Shown here: piece by piece, positions 1 through 5,508 of the stretch
How the letters are laid out: the number at the start of each line of letters is the position of its first letter
Numbering within the stretch: position 1 is the stretch's first letter
Translations under genes and position numbers: made by a program
Notes under the pieces: generated by a model
Told to the model about the DNA's origin: nothing
What the model saw: only the letters and a program-made list of their open reading frames with translations
Databases searched by the model: none
Source of the DNA: an uncultured Dehalococcoidia bacterium
GTDB taxonomy: Bacteria > Chloroflexota > Dehalococcoidia > Lucifugimonadales > UBA3495
Assembly: GCA_950072105.1 (NCBI GenBank)
Contig: CATMOE010000094.1
Coordinates: 1-10,261, forward strand
DNA length: 10,261 nucleotides
Direction of reading: 5' to 3'

Positions 1-263
1 ACCCCGTCCAGGTCTCCCAGTTCATCTTTCATTCGGGCCAGCAGGTTGAGGGCGCACCATCGGGCGGCTTCGTATCCTTGCTCCACCGTCAGATCGTTCC
101 CCAGTTTGCCAGAGATACGCGGGCCATCGGCCGTTCTAGAACCAACTCCGGCCATCCACATGATGTTTCCGCTTCGTGTGACCGGGAGATAGTTCCCCAC
201 TGGAGCAGGAGGCGGGGGCAGGGTATATCCCAGACGAGTCAATTCGGCTTCGATTTCAGGCAC
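1..263 (-). CDS. RidA/YjgF/YER057c/UK114 family protein (Rid1-like), 3' end truncated by window edge
   Basis: Not in the ORF track. Manual translation from GTG at 263, with GAGGAG RBS 6 nt upstream: MPEIEAELTRLGYTLPPPPAPVGNYLPVTRSGNIMWMAGVGSRTADGPRISGKLGNDLTVEQGYEAARWCALNLLARMKDELGDLDG... The LGxxLPxxPxPxGNY and GKLGxDLTxEQGYxAAR motifs are typical of this family. Confidence 0.9.
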   Translation of the reverse strand, partial: MPEIEAELTRLGYTLPPPPAPVGNYLPVTRSGNIMWMAGVGSRTADGPRISGKLGNDLTVEQGYEAARWCALNLLARMKDELGDLDG

Positions 264-384
264 TTATGTCTCCTCGCGGACCGACAGATCGAATATCGGC
301 GGCGACGTTTAACTGTTGTACCAGTATCGGAGGGCCGGTTGCCGCTCCCGTTGGAAAACCGGGGCCCTCATCTGTTGTGAGCCG

Positions 385-1086
385 TTATTTCTTGGTTATC
401 TCGATCCCGATCCCTTGGATGACGACAGGCTGATTCGGCTTGTTGCCCCGGCCCGCCGGCACGGTAGAGATGGTATCCGCAACATCCTGGCCTTCAAGCA
501 CCTTCCCGAATATGGTGTGATTACCGTTTAAATGGGGAGTGGAAGCCGTCGTGATAAAGAACTGGCTGCCGTTGGTGTTGGGGCCGGAATTGGCCATGGC
601 GAGAATACCCGGCTTCTCAAATCCCAATTTAGGGTCTATCTCGTCCTCGAAATTATATCCCGGTCCGGAGGTGCCCGTTCCGGTGGGGTCGCCGCCTTGA
701 ATCATGAAGTTTGGAATCACCCTATGAAATATGATCCCATTATAAAAACCCTCGTTGGCCAGAAAGACGAAGTTATTCACCGTCTTGGGGGCGGACGCCG
801 GAAATAGCTCTATAACGATGTTGCCTTTGTTGGTCTTGATCTTTGCCGTATATCCGGCCGACGAGTCAATGCTCATCTGCGGAGGGGCGGCGTATTTCTT
901 GGAACTCCCGGCGCTTTGCTTACTTTGATTTGCCGATGAAGCATTGCTAGAACTAGAAGATTGGGCGGTTGGTTGGGCTACCGGCGCGGAAGTTGGCGCG
1001 GGGGTAGGCGCGGGAGCCGCCGGGGCACTGCAGGCTATTAAGAATAGTACTGTAGTCAGGGCGCTGATTAAAATCATCGGTTTCAT
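385..1086 (-). CDS. Cyclophilin-type peptidyl-prolyl cis-trans isomerase, predicted lipoprotein
   Basis: Motifs APKTVNNFVFLA, FHRVIPNFMIQGGDP, LAMANSGPNTNGSQFFIT and HLNGNHTIFGKV. N-terminal signal with lipobox LIAC, then a Pro/Ala/Ser/Gln-rich linker. Confidence 0.96.
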   Translation of the reverse strand: MKPMILISALTTVLFLIACSAPAAPAPTPAPTSAPVAQPTAQSSSSSNASSANQSKQSAGSSKKYAAPPQMSIDSSAGYTAKIKTNKGNIVIELFPASAPKTVNNFVFLANEGFYNGIIFHRVIPNFMIQGGDPTGTGTSGPGYNFEDEIDPKLGFEKPGILAMANSGPNTNGSQFFITTASTPHLNGNHTIFGKVLEGQDVADTISTVPAGRGNKPNQPVVIQGIGIEITKK

Positions 1087-1273
1087 AGAAGTTCGTCTAT
1101 ACCTTTCCTAATTTATGAATAATATGACGGAGCCAGAGCCGGCAGATGTCGATCTGGCACGGGCAATTCTGTCTGTTAAACCGTACGGAAATGATAATCT
1201 TCTTTGGTTGCCATCACAAGTCCGGTTACCTATTTCGCTACTGTTTAGGGTCCGTTTTAGCGGGCTCGAGATC

Positions 1274-1762
1274 CTAGCAGGTCTGGCGAATCAGTCTCAG
1301 CGACTCGATTATCTGGTCCGCGTGGAGCCGCACGTGGCGGGCTGTGTACTGTATGACACCGGCGGCAGTCATGGGGTTATCTTCCCGGTGGCCGGGCCGG
1401 TCCAATTTCGCTGGATCGATCGCGCCCACGACATCGATCACCTAGTCGTTGACGGCGTTCATCTGCTGGATAAGGCCGGCCAGATCGTCCTGGGAACGGT
1501 CCGTCACCGCGGCCAGGCGCTCGTCGTTCTCCACGGCCGTCCGGGTGATCTGAGGGTCGTCCACTTGGGTGATCAAAACGGCTTTGGAGATCCAGAATGG
1601 CTGAAGCTCGGTGATATGGGCCAGCAACTGGACCACGGCCCACTCTCCGGGCTCGGGGATCTGATGTGCTTCCGTCTCAGATACCCCTTCGACAGCCGCC
1701 AAGACAGCGTCCCTTCCGGAACGCAAGTCTTGTTGAAGTTGTTGATTCTCGCTGCTAATCAT
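1274..1762 (-). pseudogene. DinB/YfiT-like four-helix-bundle protein interrupted by an in-frame TAG at 1442-1444
   Basis: The N-part has GEWAVVQLLAH. The frame continues 55 codons past the TAG (VIDVVGAIDPAKLDRPGHREDNPMTAAGVIQYTARHVRLHADQIIESLRLIRQTC*), including the family's C-terminal HxxxHxxQI motif. The total of 162 codons is a normal size for the family. Confidence 0.8.
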
Positions 1763-1888
1763 CTGTCAGATCTTCCCGTCAAGTGCGGGATTGCCGGTGG
1801 GTGTGGCTGCTCTCTGAATTCTTGGCTGTAGTGGGCCGGAGCATAGCAGAAAGTTTCTCTATCGTGAAGTTCGCGTGAAACTTGAAGC

Positions 1889-3226
1889 CTAGAAAGGGTC
1901 GTCCCGATCTCGTTCCCGGTCCAATACGTCCGGGTCCTCCCAGGGCTGCAACCCTTCCTCGGGGTCCAAATTTGATCGAAACTTGCCAACCGTGTATCGG
2001 AGCAGCACGGACGTCAGGGCTACCAGGGCCAACAATCCGATGAGCCACACGTCGAAATAAATGAACGGCGATGGTCTGGGGCTGGATACTCTAGCCGGAG
2101 CGTGGCGGCCCCGAGAGTCGGCGGACCAGAGTTCTTCAAGTCCGGCGGCATCGAATCCGTAGGTCAATCTCAACCCTTCATCCACCGCGCGGCCTTCCCG
2201 GAGCCGGTCCAAGAGGCTTCGGAACCGGTCTTCCCCGTGCTCTTCAATAAGAAACGCGACCACGCTTTCCGCTTTCAGGTAGAAGTCCCGAATGTCCCGG
2301 GGAGTTCCGTGAACCGCCGTCATGGACGTGAGGGGCACGCTCATCGCGCTGAGGCTCTGGCCGCTATAGGGGTTTGCGCCTGGTTCCATGTAGCTGGCGA
2401 ACCCCTCATCCAGCCATGCGGGCATCCTGGCGACTCCACCTCTCAAGGTCTGGTGAAGCATCACGTGGGCCGACTCGTGGACGATGAGCCTGGGCGACAT
2501 CCCCAAGCCGACAAATAAGCCGCGTTCCGGGAAAGCAAACCCTTCAAATACATGCTGGTCAGTGATCGTACGGCTCTGGTGGGGAAAGGCGTCTATGGCT
2601 GCCGACCTTTCGTTATAGATGATGCCTTTGATGGGACGGGAGGTGTCCAAACGAAGCATTGAGGCGAGCCGACGCAGTTCGACCTCTACCTGGCTGGTAA
2701 CTTCGGCGACCTTGGACCGGGGAATATCGTGATACATCAATATCAAGGGTCCGGCCTGGGCCTGCTGCCACTGGAAGCGGGTGTCGGTGTACTCCAGAGA
2801 TTTGGCCGGGGTTTCATATACGCCGCCCTGATCGTCGCGGATCACGTAATAGTACTCAAGCTGAGCGTCTAGAGGTAGAACATCTCCGCCAACAGCACTA
2901 AGGTTGAAAGTGGCGGTCACCCTCTGCCCAGGTTCGAAAGCGGGGTAGGCGTATGACCAAACGCGGTTGCCCACCGTACGGTAACGCAGCCGCACCTCAA
3001 CGATCTGCTGCTGTGACTGGGCGGTTAGATCGAAGGCGATCAGGCCGGGGAATTGAACGACCCATCGGTCCTTGACCACGGTGACCTCTCCACCGGAGTC
3101 CTGGGCCAAGGCCGCCGGTGGAGATTGCAGCGCGATAACGGCCAGCGCCGCCATAAGCCACAGCGTCAGGAACAGGCCTGTCCGTGGCAGCCTCTGCAAT
3201 AACCAACGTGTGAACGTGGAGAACAT
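1889..3226 (-). CDS. Exported, C-terminally membrane-anchored zinc metallopeptidase (peptidase MA-like/gluzincin)
   Basis: HESAH (HExxH) followed by MPAWLDEGFASY with the third-ligand Glu. Signal peptide ending PAALA-QD, and C-terminal hydrophobic helix VWLIGLLALVALTSVLL. Start moved from TTG 3244 to ATG 3226 because AAGGA precedes the ATG and a TATAAT lies only 2 nt upstream of the TTG. Confidence 0.85.
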   Translation of the reverse strand: MFSTFTRWLLQRLPRTGLFLTLWLMAALAVIALQSPPAALAQDSGGEVTVVKDRWVVQFPGLIAFDLTAQSQQQIVEVRLRYRTVGNRVWSYAYPAFEPGQRVTATFNLSAVGGDVLPLDAQLEYYYVIRDDQGGVYETPAKSLEYTDTRFQWQQAQAGPLILMYHDIPRSKVAEVTSQVEVELRRLASMLRLDTSRPIKGIIYNERSAAIDAFPHQSRTITDQHVFEGFAFPERGLFVGLGMSPRLIVHESAHVMLHQTLRGGVARMPAWLDEGFASYMEPGANPYSGQSLSAMSVPLTSMTAVHGTPRDIRDFYLKAESVVAFLIEEHGEDRFRSLLDRLREGRAVDEGLRLTYGFDAAGLEELWSADSRGRHAPARVSSPRPSPFIYFDVWLIGLLALVALTSVLLRYTVGKFRSNLDPEEGLQPWEDPDVLDRERDRDDPF

Positions 3227-3246
3227 CAAGGCATTCCTTAGCAACT

Positions 3247-3252
3247 ATTATA
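3247..3252 (-). promoter_or_regulatory. Putative -10 element (TATAAT) of the leftward gene cluster
   Basis: ATTATA on + reads TATAAT on -, about 20 nt upstream of the peptidase ATG. No convincing -35. Confidence 0.5.
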
Positions 3253-3283
3253 ACTTGAATCGGCTGCGGCTGACCGTGGGTTA

Positions 3284-3313
3284 TTGTTTAGTAGTACATG
3301 TGTTCTATATAAT
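3284..3313 (+). promoter_or_regulatory. Sigma70-type promoter of the mutagenesis operon
   Basis: TTGTTT (3284-3289), 18-bp spacer, perfect TATAAT (3308-3313) in an AT-rich patch. Confidence 0.7.
3292..3307. promoter_or_regulatory. Putative LexA (SOS) box
   Basis: TAGTAC-ATGT-GTTCTA is one mismatch from the GAAC-N4-GTTC box used by Firmicutes, Actinobacteria and Chloroflexi LexA. It sits between -35 and -10 upstream of an imuB-dnaE2 cassette, a class known to be LexA-regulated. Confidence 0.8.
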
Positions 3314-3324
3314 GCTAGCCCGGC

Positions 3325-3360
3325 TGAGGTGGGGCCGAGCTTTCAGCCGTCAGCCGTCAG
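3325..3360 (+). repeat. Short dispersed repeat with TCAGCCG heptamers (copy 1 of 2)
   Basis: TGAGGTGGGGCCGAGCTTTCAGCCGTCAGCCGTCAG aligns with 5307-5337. Confidence 0.6.
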
Positions 3361-3397
3361 GGGTTACGAAGAGGTCAGATAGTTGGTTGCTGTGGAG

Positions 3398-3432
3398 GAA
3401 ATCCCCCCAACCTCCCTTTACGAAAGGGGGGC
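3398..3432 (+). repeat. Palindromic REP-like repeat type A, copy 1 (left inverted flank of DUF559 gene)
   Basis: GAAATCCCCCCAACCTCCCTTTACGAAAGGGGGGC. 9-bp stem with ACG loop. Confidence 0.92.
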
Positions 3433-3452
3433 TATAAAGAGGTTTGGTGCCG

Positions 3453-3890
3453 GTGCTTAGATACGACCACAACTTAAAGCAAGTGGCGCGTGGCTTGCGT
3501 AGCGGGATGACCCGTAGCGAGCAGATGTTGTGGCCGCGATTGCGCGGGAGGCAGATTCAAGGCGTTCAGTTTTACCGGCAGAAGCCCATTGGTGCATACA
3601 TTTTGGACTTTTACGCGCCTAAAGCAAAGTTGGTGGTGGAATTAGATGGACTGCAACATCTGGAATTAGAGCATGGGGAGAATGATGCAAGGCGAGATGC
3701 GTACCTGGCGGGCGCGGGGCTAAAAGTGCTGCGTTTTAGCAACACACAGGTAATCCAAGAACTCGATGAGCTAGTGAATCTGATCGCTAATGCTCTTCCA
3801 GAACGAACGCGCCCATCTCCCCATTTCGTAGAGGTAACCCTGCTTCCCCCCTTTCGTAAAGGGGGGCCAGGGGGGATTTCCCACCCCTAA
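3453..3890 (+). CDS. DUF559 / Vsr-like endonuclease domain protein
   Basis: Motifs ARxLRxxMTxxExxLWxxLR, FYRQKPIGAYILDFYAP, LVVELDGxQH and DARRDAYLxxxGLKVLRFSN. GTG 3453 preferred because AGAGGT lies 9 nt upstream; 3444 and 3447 are alternatives. The C-terminal tail reads through repeat copy 2. Confidence 0.9.
   Translation: MLRYDHNLKQVARGLRSGMTRSEQMLWPRLRGRQIQGVQFYRQKPIGAYILDFYAPKAKLVVELDGLQHLELEHGENDARRDAYLAGAGLKVLRFSNTQVIQELDELVNLIANALPERTRPSPHFVEVTLLPPFRKGGPGGISHP
3846..3880 (-). repeat. Palindromic repeat type A, copy 2 (right inverted flank, inside the DUF559 3' end)
   Basis: Reverse complement is GAAATCCCCCCTGGCCCCCCTTTACGAAAGGGGGG. Confidence 0.92.
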
Positions 3891-3891
3891 C

Positions 3892-5073
3892 ATGAACATC
3901 GCTTGCGTACTTATCACCCACCTTCCGGTGAAAGCGGAGCAGCGCCGGGACCCGGCGCTGCTGGGGCGGCCGGTGGTTATTACCGAGAGCTTCGGCTCCA
4001 AGCAGGTAGTCTTGGACAGTTCTCCAGAGGCTCGGGGAGTTACCGCCGGGATGTCCCTCCAAGAAGCCGTGTCCCGGAGCAAGGATACAGTTTTGCTCCG
4101 CGCCGACGAGCCCTATTACGACTCGGTTTTCACCGAGATGCTCACTTCTCTGGAGGGAAGGAGCCCCCTGGTGGAAAAGGCTGATTTGGGCTGCGCCTAC
4201 GTGGGGTTGGATGGGCTGGAAGCCATGTATGGTGGCGAAGCCAGGCTCATAACATCCTTGCTCCAAGCGGTGCCTCACCAGTTCAATCCCCGTATCGGCG
4301 TGGCCACGGGGAAATTCCCGGCCTACGTCGCCGCGGTAACCAGCAGTGGCGGACGGGCCAGCAAAGCGCCGGATGACGTGGCCGGGTTCCTGAAGGAGTT
4401 TTCCATAGACCTGCTGCCTCTGTCGTGGCAAAACAAGACCCGGTTGCACCACTTCGGGTTGCACACCTTGGGGCAACTGGCCGCCCTGCCGGCAGGCTCC
4501 ATCCAGGCCCAGCTAAGGGCCGAGGGAAGCCGGGCTTGGGCGCTGGCCAAGGGCATCGATCCCAGTCCGCTGGCATCCTGGCAGCACGAGGAAGTCGTCG
4601 CGGAGTTTCTCACCTTCCCTTCGCCCACCGTCACCCAGCACGCCATCCTAACGGCCTTGGCAACGTTGCTTGGCAGGGCTTTCGTTCGCCCGGAGATCAA
4701 GGGCCGGTACGTTCGCACCGCTACCATTGAGAGTCGCATCGTCCGGCACACTCCATGGGTCAAGCACTTCCCCTTCAAGGAGTCGGTGGGCAGCAAGGAA
4801 AGAGCCCTGTTCTCCCTGAAAAGCCGGTTGGACAACCTGCAACTGCCCGGCCCTTTGGAGGACATGAAGCTAACCCTGGGCGGGATCACCGGCGAGTCGG
4901 GCATCCAGTCCAGTCTTTTCTCGGATGTCCGCAAACGAGAGCAACTCAAGGAAATGATGCGGCAACTGGAAGTCCTCTTGGGTTGTAAGCCCCCCATATA
5001 CCAGATGAAGGAAGTGGAACCTTGGTCCAGAATCCCCGAGAGGCGGCAAGCTCTAGTCCTATTCGATCCCTAA
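3892..5073 (+). CDS. imuB: Y-family DNA polymerase homolog, ImuB-like (predicted catalytically inactive)
   Basis: IMS-domain motifs (GRPVVI, SPEARGVTAGMSLQEA, SPLVE, RIGVATGKFPAYVAA, LHHFGLHTLGQLAALP), but the DxD and SxDE catalytic carboxylates are replaced (ACVLITH, ADLG). Clamp motif QSSLF. Located upstream of dnaE2. Confidence 0.85.
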   Translation: MNIACVLITHLPVKAEQRRDPALLGRPVVITESFGSKQVVLDSSPEARGVTAGMSLQEAVSRSKDTVLLRADEPYYDSVFTEMLTSLEGRSPLVEKADLGCAYVGLDGLEAMYGGEARLITSLLQAVPHQFNPRIGVATGKFPAYVAAVTSSGGRASKAPDDVAGFLKEFSIDLLPLSWQNKTRLHHFGLHTLGQLAALPAGSIQAQLRAEGSRAWALAKGIDPSPLASWQHEEVVAEFLTFPSPTVTQHAILTALATLLGRAFVRPEIKGRYVRTATIESRIVRHTPWVKHFPFKESVGSKERALFSLKSRLDNLQLPGPLEDMKLTLGGITGESGIQSSLFSDVRKREQLKEMMRQLEVLLGCKPPIYQMKEVEPWSRIPERRQALVLFDP

Positions 5074-5309
5074 ACCTGCCTGCTCCTATACAGGTTGAAG
5101 AGGATGCCCATCAACGGCCACTGGCTATCAGCCTGCGGCGCCGCAGGCTGGGGGTAGCCTCGGTAGACGACCTGTGGGAGATCGACGAAGAGTGGTGGCG
5201 GGAGAATCCAATCGTCCGGAGATATTACCAATTGACCACCGAAGATGGCAGGCCCATGACCATCTTTCGGGACCTCGTTTCCGGGGAATGGTACCGGCAG
5301 GGAGGGTGA
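5022..5309 (+). CDS. Small standalone protein resembling the ImuB C-terminal domain
   Basis: WEIDEEWWRENPIVRRYYQLTTEDGRPMTIFRDLVSGEWY resembles the WW...RxYY...DG....FRD...W pattern at ImuB C-termini. TTG start with AAGGAAG upstream, overlapping imuB by 52 nt. Confidence 0.75.
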   Translation: MVQNPREAASSSPIRSLNLPAPIQVEEDAHQRPLAISLRRRRLGVASVDDLWEIDEEWWRENPIVRRYYQLTTEDGRPMTIFRDLVSGEWYRQGG

Positions 5310-5337
5310 GGGGGACCGAGCTATCAGCGGTCAGCGG
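5307..5337 (+). repeat. Short dispersed repeat with TCAGCGG heptamers (copy 2 of 2)
   Basis: TGAGGGGGACCGAGCTATCAGCGGTCAGCGG aligns with 3325-3356. Confidence 0.6.
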
Positions 5338-5340
5338 GGC

Positions 5341-5375
5341 GAAATCCCCCCAACCCCCCTTTACGAAAGGGGGGC
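5341..5375 (+). repeat. Palindromic repeat type A, copy 3
   Basis: GAAATCCCCCCAACCCCCCTTTACGAAAGGGGGGC, one substitution from copy 1. Confidence 0.92.
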
Positions 5376-5384
5376 GGAACGGGT

Positions 5385-5410
5385 CCCTCCCACTTGTGGA
5401 GGGTGAGGGG
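5385..5410 (+). repeat. Palindromic repeat type B (degenerate)
   Basis: CCCTCCCACTTGTGGAGGG hairpin ending in GGGTGAGGGG, the same tail as the 8071-8135 element. Confidence 0.55.
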
Positions 5411-5508
5411 CAAATCAACTAAGGAGGTGAAAGTTGGCGGGGCCGTGTGGGACCACCTGGAGAGATTCTTTGGGTGGCTGGGTGGATGTGATATGACGCG
5501 ACTAACGC

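Noticed and set aside
930..1030. Low-complexity stretch in the cyclophilin gene as a separate repeat element
   Set aside because: It encodes an ordinary Pro/Ala/Ser-rich lipoprotein tether.
1115..1831. 238-aa plus-strand ORF
   Set aside because: Antisense shadow of the DinB-family gene with no recognisable motifs.
1851..1883. Inverted repeat AAGTTTC...GAAACTT downstream of the peptidase gene
   Set aside because: Only 7-bp arms with a poorly paired interior, so it cannot be distinguished from chance.
3072..3437. ORFs containing KSPQPPFTKGG (3072-3437 and 5174-5422) as a protein family
   Set aside because: The shared peptide is only the translation of DNA repeat A, and both ORFs overlap real genes.
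3398..3890. Classical IS element
   Set aside because: No DDE, HUH or serine transposase motifs and no evident target-site duplication. Kept instead as a non-canonical candidate in findings.
3787..4997. Long minus-strand ORFs (229 aa and 224 aa), and similar ones opposite dnaE2 and the LLM gene
   Set aside because: Antisense or alternate-frame shadows typical of GC-rich coding DNA.
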